From Chrysomallon squamiferum (Eukaryota > Animalia > Mollusca), in contig CM022675.1 in NCBI GenBank assembly GCA_012295275.1, positions 10,168,001 to 10,232,000 on the forward strand: a stretch of 64,000 nt of DNA, written 5' to 3'. The stretch's first letter is position 1, and every line of letters starts with the position of its first letter. Of the stretch, positions 42,345 through 57,711 are shown piece after piece. The notes under the pieces were generated by a model. It was not told the DNA's origin. It ran no database searches and saw only the letters and a program-made list of their open reading frames with translations. A program made the position numbers and the translations under genes.

Positions 42345-44252
42345 TAAACACACACACACACACAAACATATGCACACACACACGAACACACATACATATG
42401 GTATGTTTATTTATTTTATTTAGCTTTTTGTTTGTTTGTTTTTTTGTAAGGGAGTTATTGTTTTGGGGGTTTTGGGGTTGTTTTTATATAATGATGATAT
42501 GAAAGAGGAAACATTATACCACCAGCACACACCAAATAAAAATATTTTATATTTTCCAACAGACAGGAAACCACATAACAAACAATGAGCTTCATACACC
42601 AACAACAACTGAATAAACAAACAATGGACACCAGCAACACCTGAAGAAGAGCTTTATCAGCAATCCTAAGACCAACACCAGCAACAGACAGGCTAAAAAC
42701 AATGAGCAAACAAACAAATTCAAGCAACTTGAAACCAAGTGTAACAATGAGCTTTTTATATATAACATTATCATAACTTTGAGCTTCATACACCAGCTTT
42801 TTCGTGGATGTCCATGAAATTTACTTAGTTAGTTTTTTTAATTTTATTTATCTATTATTTATTTTTATTATTTTATTATATTTGTTTATTTTATATTATT
42901 ATATTTTATTTATTTATATATTTACTTATTTATTATTTTATTTGGTTTTTATTTTATTTTAATATAGTTTATTTATTCATTTTCTTATTTATTTACTTAC
43001 TTTTCTTCATTTATTCATATTTATTTAATTATGTATTTATTTATTTATTTATATTATGTGTTATTTAGTGAGTGATGTTTCTATTGTTCAAGGTAATACT
43101 TATGTCTGCAAAAGAAGAGAAATACACAAAAACAGTGAACATTTCAATATGTCAATGAATTTCTGAAAAGAAGATAAATATGGAAAAGCAATTTACATTT
43201 CACTATTTGCATTTCCAAAAGAAAATGAACCCAGAAATAGATTGTATGAATTCATTATTTAGATGAATGTGTGAAAAGAGAAAAAGAAAAAAATGAATGG
43301 GAAAAAATAAATAATTGTTACAAAGCAATGTACATTTTAATATATGGACACATTTCAAGAAAAAGATAAGTAAGAATGGAGGTAAAATACATTTCATTAT
43401 TTGTATTTATTTCTATAAAATTAAAAAGAAAGAAAGAAAGAAAAAAGGAAAGAAAAGATATATGTGGGGACAATAATGTATAATGTAATACAAAATATAC
43501 ATTTCTACAACAAAACAAACATGAAAAGAAAAATGTACATTTCAAAAAAGACAGATCACATTTAGATACATTCATTAAAAAAAAAGAAAAAAAAAAAGTA
43601 AAAAACCAGAGACAAATCATAAATCTTTTACAAAAACAAAATTAAAAATTAAAAAATATATATAAATAAATAAACAGGGGTGCTTTGATGGTTTTTTTTG
43701 TTGGAAGAAATCTGTCAGGCAAGGTGGTGGTATGTGTTGTCTTTGTTTACAAAACAGTCTTTTACGTAAACACGCGCGATGTTGTGATAGTTTGATCTCT
43801 AAGTCGCAGCTACCCAGGTTTAACGGGTTTAAAGAGTTAACTAAACGAGCAGAGCTTAATACTGGAAACAGTCATTTTATAATGAAATACACCATAACGT
43901 AAAACTGATATAATAGAAATAATGAAGTGATGAAAGCATTATTGTATATAAAATACTGGATGAATGAGAGAGAATAAGTAATAGTGAAAAAAAAATAATA
44001 ATGTGTTGTCATAATATATATAAATATATATATATATACTTTTTTTTTTTTTTTTTTTTATTTGTGGAGTCTTTTGTGAGGTTTATTATGGTTAAACAAC
44101 AGGAAAATTAGAGAATAAAATATATTAAAATTTGATTCATTAACGGAAATAGCCGGAATACGAAATTAAGTTAAATGAAATAATAATAACATTATGAAAA
44201 ATAATTAATTACATATTAATTTGTACTATTTATAACACAGAAACAGGGGAAA

Positions 44253-46350
44253 ATTATCTTTCACACATATAAACATGTACATTATCTTTCATACATATAA
44301 ACATGTACATTATCTTTCACATATAAACATGTACATTATCTTTCATACATACAAACATGTACATTATCTTTCACACATATACATACATATAAACATGTAC
44401 ATTATCTTTCACATATAAACATGTACATGATCTTTCACACATATACATACATATAAACATGTACATTATCTTTCACACATATACATACATATAAACATGT
44501 ACATTATCTTTCATACATATAAACATGTACATTATCTTTCACATATATACATACATATAAACATGTACATTATCTTTCACACATATACATACATATAAAC
44601 ATGTACATTATCTTTCATACATATAAACATGTACATTATCTTTCACATATATACATACATATAAACATGTACATTATCTTTCACATATATAAACATGTAC
44701 ATTATCTTTCACACATATACATACATATAAACATGTACATTATCTTTCAAATATATACATACATATAAACATGTACATTATCTTTCACACATATCCATAC
44801 ATATAAACATGTACATTATCTTTCAAATATATACATACATATAAACATGTACATTATCTTTCACACATATACATACGTATAAACATGTACATTATCTTTC
44901 AAATATATACATACATATAAACATGTACATTATCTTTCACACATATCCATACATATAAACATGTACATTATCTTTCACACATATACATACATATAAACAT
45001 GTACATTATCTTTCACACATATATATACATATAAACATGTACATTATCTTTCACATATATACATACGTATAAACATGTACATTATCTTTCACACATATAC
45101 ATACATATAAACATGTACATTATCTTTCACACATATAAACATGTACATTATCTTTCATACATATAAACATGTACATTATCTTTCACATATAAACATGTAC
45201 ATTATCTTTCATACATACAAACATGTACATTATCTTTCACACATATACATACATATAAACATGTACATTATCTTTCACATATAAACATGTACATGATCTT
45301 TCACACATATACATACATATAAACATGTACATTATCTTTCACACATATACATACATATAAACATGTACATTATCTTTCATACATATAAACATGTACATTA
45401 TCTTTCACATATATACATACATATAAACATGTACATTATCTTTCACACATATACATACATATAAACATGTACATTATCTTTCATACATATAAACATGTAC
45501 ATTATCTTTCACATATATACATACATATAAACATGTACATTATCTTTCACATATATAAACATGTACATTATCTTTTAGCACAAACGAGCACACATATACA
45601 TACATATAAACATGTACATTATCTTTCACATATATACATACATATAAACATGTACATTATCTTTCACACATATCCATACATATAAACATGTACATTATCT
45701 TTCAAATATATACATACATATAAACATGTACATTATCTTTCACACATATACATACGTATAAACATGTACATTATCTTTCACATATATACATACATATAAA
45801 CATGTACATTATCTTTCACACATATACATACATATAAACATGTACATTATCTTTCACACATATACATACATATAAACATGTACATTATCTTTCACACATA
45901 TACATACATATAAACATGTACATTATCTTTCACATATATACATACGTATAAACATGTACATTATCTTTCACACATATACATACATATAAACATGTACATT
46001 ATCTTTCACACATATACATACATAAAAAGATGTACATTATCTTTCACACATATACATACATAAAAAGATGTACATTATCTTTCACACATATATACATACA
46101 TATAAACATGTACATTATCTTTCACATATATACATACATATAAACATGTACATTATCTTTCACACATACACATACATATAAACATGTACATTATCTTTCA
46201 CACATATACATACATAAAAAGATGTACATTATCTTTCATACATATCCATACATATAAACATGTACATTATCTTTCACACATATCCATACATATAAACATG
46301 TACATTATCTTTCACATATATACATACATAAAAAGATGTCACTGTCTTTC
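44253..46350. repeat. Minisatellite with a 26-bp core plus variable AC/AT linker
   Basis: Core acatataaacatgtacattatctttc. A variant unit (acatga) recurs 866 bp apart (44425 and 45291), indicating a higher-order duplication. Confidence 0.95.
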
Positions 46351-46707
46351 ACACACATACATAGATAGCAAAAATGCACCTACACTATACACTGTCTCAA
46401 ACACACACATATTCGTAGATATCCACTGATTTTATATTCGTACACATAAATACTCCAACACAAACACATACATACACACACACATACATACATACACACA
46501 TACATACATACACACATACACACATACACACATACATACATACACAAACACACACACAAAAAGCGTACACACAAAAACACATATCTATAAACACTCACAC
46601 TAACAGTTGTTTGTCATACATAAGCTCAGTTACACACCCACTCATGGTTGTGTCTAAAATACGAATTCAAAAAATGGAGAAGTTAAAATATAATCCTAAA
46701 CTTCACC

Positions 46708-46813
<106 letters not shown>

Positions 46814-47142
46814 ACATTATTTGTGTTTAATGAAAAAGTAAAACTTACTATTAGGAAGACAATGTACACATTATGCTTTTTCTCTCTCTCATTAAAATGA
46901 AGGAATTGTTTTATTTGAAAAAACCCACTAAAAGTATAAATGAAAGGATTAGTTCAGAGGATTGTATCATAAATATAAATTTTCCATCAGTTAATAGCAA
47001 TGGAATCTATGACTGAATGAAAGAGAGATAACTCCTGTATAGCTTATTGTAAAGTGCACAAGAGTTAGTTGTTGTAGAAATATATATTCAATACATTCTT
47101 TTTCTATTTACAACAGAGCTGGACTAGGTAGTCTTCACAGCG

Positions 47143-50034
47143 CGTGTAGTAATGATCACTGCATGTGTAGTAATGACCACTGCGTGTGTAGTAATGACCA
47201 CTGTGTGTATAGTAATGATCACTGTGTGTGTAGTAATGATCACTGCATGTGTAGTAATGACCACTGTGTGTGTAGTAATGACCACTGCATGTGTAGTAAT
47301 GACCACTGTGTGTAGTAATGACCACTGCATGTGTAGTAATGACCACTGCATGTTTAGTAATGATCACTGTGTGAGTAGTAATGACCACTGCGTGTGTAGT
47401 AATGACCACTGCATGTTTAGTAATGATCACTGTGTGAGTAGTAATGACCACTGCGTGTGTAGTAATGACCACTGTGTGTGTAGTAATGACCACTGCATGT
47501 GTAGTAATGACCACTGTGTGTGTAGTAATGACCACTGCATGTTTAGTAATGATCACTGTGTGAGTAGTAATGACCACTGCGTGTAGTAATGACCACTGTG
47601 TGTGTAGTAATGACCACTGTGTGTGTAGTAATGACCACTGTGTGTGTAGTAATGATCACTGTGTGAGTAGTAATGATCACAGCATGAGTAGTAATGACCA
47701 CTGTGTGAGTAGTAATGATCACTGTGTGTGTAGTAATGACCACTGTGTGAGTAGTAATGACCACAGCATGTATAGTAATGATCACTGTGTGTGTAGTAAT
47801 GACCACTGTGTGAGTAGTAATGACCACAGCATGAGTAGTAATGATCACTGTGTGTGTAGTAATGATCACTGTGTGAGTAGTAATGACCACTGTGTGTGTA
47901 GTAATGACCACTGTGTGTGTAGTAATGACCACTGTGTGTGTAGTAATGACCACTGTGTGTAGTAATGATCACTGTGTGTGTACTAATGACCACTGTGTGT
48001 GTAGTAATGACCACTGTGTGAGTAGTAATGACCACAGCATGAGTAGTAATGATCACTGTGTGTGTACTAATGACCACTGTGTGAGTAGTAATGACCACAG
48101 CATGAGTACTAATGACCACTGTGTGTGTAGTAATGACCACTGTGTGAGTAGTAATGACCACTGTGTGTAGTAATGACCACTGTGTGAGTAGTAATGACCA
48201 CAGCATGAGTAGTAATGATCACTGTGTGTGTAGTAATGACCACTGTGTGTGTAGTAATGATCACTGTCTGTGTACTAATGACCACTGTGTGTGTAGTAAT
48301 GACCACTGCGTGTGTAGTAATGACCACTGTGTGTGTAGTAATGACCACTGTGTGTGTAGTAATGACCACTGTGTGTGTAGTAATGACCACTGTGTGTGTA
48401 GTAATGACCACTGTGTGTGTAGTAATGACCACTGTGTGTGTAGTAATGACCACTGTGTGTGTAGTAATGACCACTGTGTGTGTAGTAATGACCACTGTGT
48501 GTGTAGTAATGACCACTGTGTGTGTAGTAATGACCACTGTGTGTGTAGTAATGACCACTGTGTGTGTAGTAATGACCACTGTGTGTGTAGTAATGACCAC
48601 TGTGTGTGTAGTAATGACCACTGTGTGTGTACTAATGACCACTGTGTGAGTAGTAATGACCACAGCATGAGTAGTAATGATCACTGTGTGTGTAGTAATG
48701 ACCACTGTGTGTGTAGTAATGATCACTGTGTGTGTAGTAATGACCACTGCGTGTGTAGTAATGACCACTGTGTGTGTAGTAATGACCACTGTGTGTGTAG
48801 TAATGACCACTGTGTGTGTAGTAATGACCACTGCGTGTGTAGTAATGACCACTGTGTGTGTAGTAATGACCACTGTGTGTGTAGTAATGACCACTGTGTG
48901 TGTAGTAATGACCACTGTGTGTGTAGTAATGACCACTGTGTGAGTAGTAATGATCACTGTGTGAGTAGTAATGACCACTGCATGTGTAGTAATGATCACT
49001 GTGTGAGTAGTAATGACCACTGCATGTGTAGTAATGATCACTGTGTGTGTAGTAATGATCACTGTGTGTGTAGTAATGACCACTGTGTGAGTAGTAATGA
49101 CCACTGCGTGTGTAGTAATGACCACTGTGTGAGTAGTAATGACCACTGCGTGTGTAGTAATGACCACTGCGTGTGTAGTAATGATCACTGTGTGTAGTAA
49201 TGACCACTGTGTGTGTAGTAATGACCACTGCGTGTGTAGTAATGACCACTGTGTGTGTAGTAATGACCACTGTGTGTGTAGTAATGACCACTGTGTGTGT
49301 AGTAATGACCACTGTGTGTGTAGTAATGACCACTGTGTGTGTAGTAATGACCACTGTGTGTGTAGTAATGACCACTGTGTGTGTAGTAATGACCACTGTG
49401 TGTGTAGTAATGACCACTGTGTGTGTAGTAATGACCACTGCGTGAGTAGTAATGACCACTGTGTGTGTAGTAATGATCACTGTGTGTGTAGTAATGACCA
49501 CTGTGTGAGTAGTAATGACCACTGTGTGAGTAGTAATGACCACTGTGTGTGTAGTAATGACCACTGTGTGTGTAGTAATGACCACTGTGTGTGTAGTAAT
49601 GACCACTGTGTGTGTAGTAATGACCACTGCGTGTGTAGTAATGACCACTGTGTGTGTAGTAATGACCACTGCGTGTGTAGTAATGACCACTGTGTGTGTA
49701 GTAATGACCACTGTGTGTATAGTAATGACCACTGTGTGTAGTAGTAATGACCACTGTGTGTGTAGTAATGACCACTGTGTGTGTAGTAATGACCACTGTG
49801 TGTGTAGTAATGACCACTGTGTGTGTAGTAATGACCACTGTGTGTGTAGTAATGACCACTGCGTGTGTAGTAATGACCACTGTGTGTGTAGTAATGACCA
49901 CTGTGTGTGTAGTAATGACCACTGTGTGTGTAGTAATGACCACTGTGTGTGTAGTAATGACCACTGTGTGTGTAGTAATGACCACTGCGTGAGTAGTAAT
50001 GACCACTGCGTGTGTAGTAATGACCACTGCGTGT
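47143..50034. repeat. 21-bp minisatellite (about 135-140 units) expanded inside a SINE-like element
   Basis: Unit gtagtaatgaccactgtgtgt. Both flanks match the single-copy element at 10850-11002. Confidence 0.95.
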
Positions 50035-51578
50035 ACTCTCCTGTGGTGTGGTTCACATCAATGATCCCTTGCTGCTAACTGGAAAGAGTAGCCCATGACG
50101 TTATGACAGTTCTTCCTACGTATATCTTGTTTGTTGTTCTTACATCTGTGAGTTCATTCATATAACCAGACAGCAATACATTATATAAAGGTTAGGACTG
50201 ACGTGAAAAAATGACAGACAGCTGGTTCAACCCTCAACATTTTCAGCTGACTGATTTGAACTGCTGTTCAGTGGTTCAGTCTTTGAGGATACTCCCACCT
50301 TGTGAAAAATGTTTGTTATACATATCTGATATTAAAAAGATTAAACATTCTTCAAAGCATTGCTACAGGCCTTAAATCAATGGGTCATGGGGATGAACTA
50401 TAAACTTAACTCTAATTATCACATTCACATAATCTGCAAAATAAGACAGCTGCCTCCCCAACACACGGACACAGAACAAACAGCTTTAACATTCAAAACT
50501 TTAACATTGCTAGGTTCTTTGCTTCTTTCACAACACTAACTGCACCACAAGAGCAGGAGTAGCAACTTGTGTGAGAAACGAGCTGTCCTACTGACTCCCA
50601 CTAACCAGTTACAATCCCAACACAGAGACAGTTGTATAACAGTCCATGGCCAGGCTGAAAACATAAACGTTTTTAATTACTACACCAGGCAAAAATCAAT
50701 ATGACATAACATTAGAACACTACACTAAAAGTATTCCCTCCAAATACATCGATAATTCCATTATACTGGATGATTTCAACAGCAGAAACCACCTGTGGGG
50801 ACCTTACCTAATACATATGTATAACTGATGGCAATATACCTGTCAGACATAGACAACACCTGGTCATGCCTTGATATCACAACAGTGTGTGAAAGAATGG
50901 TCTGTAACTGTGAGTGTCCTTAACAACCTCCACAGCGATCACCTCCCAGTGCTGGCCTCCTATAACACTGAACATAAGTGGAGAGTATCGAGACTCCAGT
51001 GTGGATCCCATGTGAGTAGCAGCTCAGCCGCTTGGAGACCGCATACAATAACACTTTACACATCATTGCCAGGATCTCCCCAGACACACCAACTGACAGT
51101 CTATTTGTGGAACTAAACATCCTTCCTCTCAAAATTAGGCGCAGCAAGCAGTCTCTGAAACACTGGTTCCAAATTAAAAAAACTCACCCCCACCCACCCT
51201 ATAACTTCAGTAATCCCAAATAACTACCATATTTGAACGTCATGAAATCATCATTAAATATAACACACAGGACACCAAACAGCCTGAATTTACTGGATTT
51301 AGAACTAGAACGTAAGCCCCTGCCCTTGGAACACCAGTGGACTGTAAAACAGCTAGACATATATTTAACTCTTAGACATGAAGTCTCAAAAACTGAACAC
51401 GACCCATTTAAAAATATAATCTTTAAAGCAGCCTTACATGACTATTACTCGGACTACACTCACATATACACAGACAGCTCCAAGGACCCTCTCATGTGAA
51501 GAATCGGCATGACCTTTCATGTGAAGAATCGGCATGACCTTTCATGTCAGGCAGGAACTACCCGACCCACCCTTCAAC

Positions 51579-53027
51579 TACAGAAGTAGACTGCCTACCA
51601 ATCTATTCATCTTTACTACAGAACTAATTGATATCTTCACATACAGAAGTAGACTGCCTACCAATCTATTCATCTTTACTACGGAACTAATTGATATCTT
51701 CACATACAGAAGTAGACTGCCTACCAATCTATTCATCTTTACTATGGAACTAATTGATATCCTCACATACAGAAGTAGACTGCCTACCAATCTATTCATC
51801 TTTACTACGGAACTAATTGATATCTTCACATACAGAAGTAGACTGCCTACCAATCTATTCATCTTTACTACGGAACTAATTGATATCTTCACATACAGAA
51901 GTAGACTGCCTACCAATCTATTCATCTTTACTACACAACTAATTGATATCTTCACATACAGAAGTAGACTGCCTACCAATCTATTCATCTTTACTACAGA
52001 ACTAATTGATATCTTCACATACAGAAGTAGACTGCCTACCAATCTATTCATCTTTACTACGGAACTAATTGATATCTTCACATACAGAAGTAGACTGCCT
52101 ACCAATCTATTCATCTTTACTACGGAACTAATTGATATCTTCACATACAGAAGTAGACTGCCTACCAATCTATTCATCTTTACTACACAACTAATTGATA
52201 TCTTCACATACAGAAGTAGACTGCCTACCAATCTATTCATCTTTACTACGGAACTAATTGATATCTTCACATACAGAAGTAGACTGCCTACCAATCTATT
52301 CATCTTTACTATGCAACTAATTGATATCTTCACATACAGAAGTAGACTGCCTACCAATCTATTCATCTTTACTATGCAACTAATTGATATCTTCACATAC
52401 AGAAGTAGACTGCCTACCAATCTATTCATCTTTACTACGGAACTAATTGATATCTTCACATACAGAAGTAGACTGCCTACCAATCTATTCATCTTTACTA
52501 CGGAACTAATTGATATCTTCACATACAGAAGTAGACTGCCTACCAATCTATTCATCTTTACTACGGAACTAATTGATATCTTCACATACAGAAGTAGACT
52601 GCCTACCAATCTATTCATCTTTACTACAGAACTAATTGATATCTTCACATACAGAAGTAGACTGCCTACCAATCTATTCATCTTTACTACGGAACTAATT
52701 GATATCTTCACATACAGAAGTAGACTGCCTACCAATCTATTCATCTTTACTACACAACTAATTGATATCTTCACATACAGAAGTAGACTGCCTACCAATC
52801 TATTCATCTTTACTATGCAACTAATTGATATCTTCACATACAGAAGTAGACTGCCTACCAATCTATTCATCTTTACTACGGAACTAATTGATATCTTCAC
52901 ATACAGAAGTAGACTGCCTACCAATCTATTCATCTTTACTATGCAACTAATTGATATCTTCACATACAGAAGTAGACTGCCTACCAATCTATTCATCTTT
53001 ACTACGGAACTAATTGCTATCCTCACA
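51579..53027. repeat. 63-bp minisatellite (23 copies) within the LINE RNase H region
   Basis: The unit encodes YRSRLPTNLFIFTTELIDIFT in frame and explains the 505-aa and 482-aa ORFs. Confidence 0.95.
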
Positions 53028-53154
53028 TTACTTAAATGGGTCCTAACTTAAACTTACATCACAAACACAACAAAAAAATTACAAAACCTCAAACTGACTG
53101 ACTCCCTCAGCTCACTGCATTCTCTGTTCAAACTCAAATTTAGCTGCTCCCAGT

Positions 53155-53549
53155 ACATTAAAGAGATCATCGACATTACCAGCTGTTTCACTAAAAAAGA
53201 CACAAAGTCACATTAAAGAGATCATCGACATTACCAGCTGTTTCACTTAAAAAGGACACAAAGTCACATTAAAGAGATCATCGACATTTCCAGCTGTTTC
53301 ACTTAAAAAGCACACAAAGTCACATTAAAGAGATCATCGACATTACCAGCTGTTTCACTTAAAAAGGACACAAAGTCACATTAAAGAGATCATCGACATT
53401 ACCAGCTGTTTCACTTAAAAAGGACACAAAGTCACATTAAAGAGATCATCGACATTACCAGCTGTTTCACTTAAAAAAGACACAAAGTCACATTAAAGAG
53501 ATCATCGACATTACCAGCTGTTTCACTTAAAAAGACACAAAGTCACATT
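53155..53549. repeat. 56-bp minisatellite (7 copies) within the LINE RNase H region
   Basis: Unit cacattaaagagatcatcgacattaccagctgtttcacttaaaaaggacacaaagt. Confidence 0.95.
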
Positions 53550-54168
53550 CGAGTGCGTACCCGCTCATATGGGTGTTATTGGAAATGAGGCAGTAGACAT
53601 AAACACTAAAATGTCCCTAGAAGACAGAACAATTGACTTTAAAAGTAAATACAACTGTAATGAAATTATGACCGTAGCGCACAACAGTCTAATACAATCT
53701 TGGCAAAAAGACTGGGACAACAGAACTTGACCACAACACTGTATCATTAGCCAAAAGTAAACTCTGCCAGCCCACTCTCAGACAACAACAAAACAACTCA
53801 AACTAGAACCCGCCTCAGAGTGGGAGTCACTTTTGGACTAAACGACAGCAGACACAACACAGTGTAAGTGACAAATGCCACAAATGCGAGAAACTGGACA
53901 ATGTCAGACACTATAGCAAAAATCAACATCAAGTTTACTCCTGTCAATATTTGTGACCCCCTCCCAAAAGACCTGAAAAATCAACTCTTACGAAATAATA
54001 GAATATTAGAATAAGTTGAAGCAACAGAAGTTACAATGTAAAAAGATGGATAGTTTACCAACAAATGATGGGCTGATGAAGCTGGGGATGCTTGTAATCA
54101 CACACATAAGTTATTATCTAACATTTATAAATCTATGTATAGGCACTAAATATGAACTTCATTTTAGC

Positions 54169-54224
<56 letters not shown>

Positions 54225-54405
54225 CATTAACATTTATTTTTTTTTTTTTTTTTTATTTATTTTTTTTTTTTTGCATTAAAAAGGTGCATGTTGATAATTG
54301 TTTTCCAAATCAAGGGTTGAATTTATATTTAAAATGACAGAAAAATAAATATGATCTTTTTTATATCTTCTATGTGTATGAATTACACAGGAATTATCAG
54401 AACAG

Positions 54406-54477
<72 letters not shown>

Positions 54478-54791
54478 ATAAACATATTCATGATATTAAG
54501 TAACATTAAGAAAAAAATGAAAGAAGAAGAAAGAAAGAAGAAAAAGAAGAGTATCTCAGTTTACAAAATGACATAGTTTATAAACTGAGCTTGTATAGTG
54601 GCTTTAAAATACAATGGGATAATCCGACTGATTAGGAGGTGTTTTTAACACATTTTTCATTCTGTGCTCTCTTTAGTAATTTATTTAATTTTTAAACGTC
54701 TGTTTTGTTCACCTACTTATAAACTGGAGTGACTTCCCTTCCATCAATAAAACAACAACTTTATATGAACAATATATTATTTTTATTTTTC

Positions 54792-54833
<42 letters not shown>

Positions 54834-54869
54834 ATTTTGGCTCTGCCAGCTCATCTTGGTGTGTTGTAC

Positions 54870-55179
54870 TGATGAAGAAATAATAAACTCAAAATAAAAA
54901 TGTTCAGTTTATTTTTGAAGTGAATCCCTCGCAAGTATATTGGAGAAATGAGATTAGATTGGTCAAAATGTTGCCAGATGGAACTCAGTTTCAAACAAAT
55001 CAAACTAAATCTTCTCCATATTATTGAAAACACTACAGTCCCCGGTTACCTAACTACTGTTTTCAAATTAACTAGATCCAAACATAATATAAATGCAAGA
55101 TCCAGTGCAGTGTCTCTTCAGATACCTCAAGTTAGAACATTTGGTAAAAATGCACAGGAATATTGTCTTGGAATATCTT

Positions 55180-55180
<1 letters not shown>
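54870..55180 (+). mobile_element. 3' fragment of a CR1/L2-like LINE ORF2
   Basis: LDW...VPGYLTTVFKLTRSKHNINARSSAVSLQIPQVRTFGKN resembles the typical PxYL...HxYxTRS...LxIPxxRTxxG C-terminus. Confidence 0.5.
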
Positions 55181-55239
<59 letters not shown>

Positions 55240-55681
55240 ATGAGAAAGAGAGAGAGACAAGAGTGAGAGAGAGAGAGTATCATGAAAGAGGGAGACAACG
55301 AGCCGGTGTTCATGGATAAAAACAACATCACTCGTGAATGCACCTTTAATTGGCGTAGATAAATCCAAATTCAAACAGTATTTTGAAAATAAAAAAGTCA
55401 AATCTCCTTGCTGTTTCATTCTTTCTTTGTTTCTTTGGGGTTTTTGTTTCGTTTCCGTTTTCTTTAAATTAAATTTATATCTTTGTATTACAAAATATGA
55501 CAAAAAAATAAAAAAAAATAAAGAAAAAATAAAAATAATAATAATAAAATGTTTGTAATTAAAAAAGAAAGATATCACCATAAATTTCATCATTTGTTTT
55601 CAAAAAATGTTTGCTTTTTTTGTTGGACTGATATATACATATGTATTTAGCCGCTCCGATCTGCCTGTGTATGTGTTGTGT

Positions 55682-55813
<132 letters not shown>

Positions 55814-55894
55814 ATGTGTGTGTGTGTGTGTACATGTGTGTGTGTACATGTGTGTGTGTGTGTACATGTGTGTGTGTGTGTGTACATGTGTGTG

Positions 55895-55936
<42 letters not shown>

Positions 55937-55945
55937 TGTGTGTGT

Positions 55946-55997
<52 letters not shown>

Positions 55998-56344
55998 ATC
56001 TATATATACATATATAGACATACTGATAGACAGACAGATAGATACAAATACATATACAGAATTAGAGACACACATGAATGGAGATACAGAAACGGAAAGA
56101 CAGAGAGACACACAGACTGACAGAGAGATAGATAAACATACACTGCGATATAAGTAGTTAGATAGACAGACAGACAGACATATCATCAGACAGCTAGATA
56201 GATACATTTCAATCTACACAGTTCCCGACAGAAAACTAATATTTCATGAAGGGTTGATTAATTTAATTCTGTGAATTACAAACATTAATGCTGTAGTGTT
56301 ACTTCCACTGGACAATGTGAATGTATTCTCCCGTGTAGCAGTTC

Positions 56345-56890
56345 AGTAACTCATTGTCAGTTTTCACAATCAAACTGTCACAACCATGTTTCTTGATAAC
56401 ACATCCCTCTGTAACTCATTGTCAGTTTTCACAATCAAACTGTCACAACCATGTTTCTTGATAACACATCCCTCTGTAACTCATTGTCAGTTTTCACAAT
56501 CAAACTGTCACAACCATGTTTCTTGATAACACATCTCTCTGTAACTCATTGTCAGTTTTCACAATCAAACTGTCACAACCATGTTTCTTGATAACACATC
56601 TCTCTGTAACTCATTGTCAGTTTTCACAATCAAACTGTCACAACCATGTTTCTTGATAACACATCCCTCTGTAACTCATTGTCAGTTTTCACAATCAAAC
56701 TGTCACAACCATGTTTCTTGATAACACATCCCTCTGTAACTCATTGTCAGTTTTCACAATCAAACTGTCACAACCATGTTTCTTGATAACACATCCCTCT
56801 GTAACTCATTGTCAGTTTTCACAATCAAACTGTCACAACCATGTTTCTTGATAACACATCCCTCTGTAACTCATTGTCAGTTTCCACAAT
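56345..56890. repeat. 65-bp minisatellite (about 8 copies)
   Basis: Unit gtaactcattgtcagttttcacaatcaaactgtcacaaccatgtttcttgataacacatccctct. Confidence 0.95.
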
Positions 56891-56962
56891 CGAACCAAAC
56901 CTGTGTGTGTCAAACATATCACTGCTTTTGTTACTATATTATTATACTACTACAACCGTGAC

Positions 56963-57228
56963 AACTACTAACCACTGTTACTTATACTACAATGATGTTG
57001 ACCACTACTAACCACTGTTACTAATACTACAATGATGTTGACTACTACTAACCACTGTTACTAATACTACAATGATGTTGACTACTACTAACCAGTGTTA
57101 CTGATACTACAGTTATGTCGACCACTACTAACCAGTGTTACTGATACTACAGTTATGTCGACCACTACTAACCAGTGTTACTTATACTACAATGATGTTG
57201 ACTACTACTACCACTGTTACTGATACTA
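56963..57228. repeat. 40-bp minisatellite (about 6-7 copies)
   Basis: Unit actactaaccactgttactaatactacaatgatgttgacc, with variants. Confidence 0.9.
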
Positions 57229-57674
57229 CTACTACTACTACTACTTTTGCAATAACTACTATTACTTCTGCTATTATTACTTATAGTTAGAACTATCACT
57301 AAAACTATTAGTACTATTATTGGTAATACTAATAACAATATTAATAATGTCAGAAATGGATAACATGAACGTTTGTTTGCTGAAACAATAGCTAGTTGTC
57401 ATTGTCATTATTAACACACAAACCTGTTGTGAAGGTATCCATACTCTTCACCAAACAACTTGCATACAAGCTTACGAGAACATCAGCAAAACTGAGAACA
57501 CAAACAATCTGGTATACCTATGTGACATTTTTAACTCAGTCAACTTGCAGAATGATGCTGTAGATTACAATAAAGTGCAACAGAAAAATGTTTACAAAGC
57601 TGACAACCAGCTGAAGTTTATGTATAAGGAGACTCACACATGTAAATGTAAATTAACCACACAAAACATAGTAA

Positions 57675-57711
<37 letters not shown>

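Larger units (their letters stand above)
50430..54014 (+). mobile_element. Decayed non-LTR retrotransposon with APE endonuclease and RNase H (I-group-like); RT core deleted
   Basis: APE motifs IILDDFNSRNHLWG (50760) and NLHSDHLPV. Post-RT segment SPDTPTDSLFVELNILPLKIRR. RNase H motifs IYTDSSK, IFTTELIAI, TDSLSSL and VPAHMGVIGNEAVD. C-terminal RLRVG and CHKC...H remnants. Many stops and frameshifts. Confidence 0.85.

Noticed and set aside
44253-46350. Constant core with variable linkers, superficially CRISPR-like
   Set aside because: Linkers are 0-12 nt AC/AT slippage variants, not unique spacers. The context is eukaryotic and there are no cas genes.
47104-50078. Long ORFs with SNDHCVC / VVITTHT / HSGHYYT repeats resembling metal-binding proteins
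   Set aside because: A 21-bp stop-poor unit is open in several frames on both strands, frames switch at unit indels, and the array derives from a SINE.
51534-53051. 505-aa (+) and 482-aa (-) repeat ORFs as real genes
   Set aside because: Explained by amplification of a 63-bp piece of a dead LINE. No splice or promoter support is visible.
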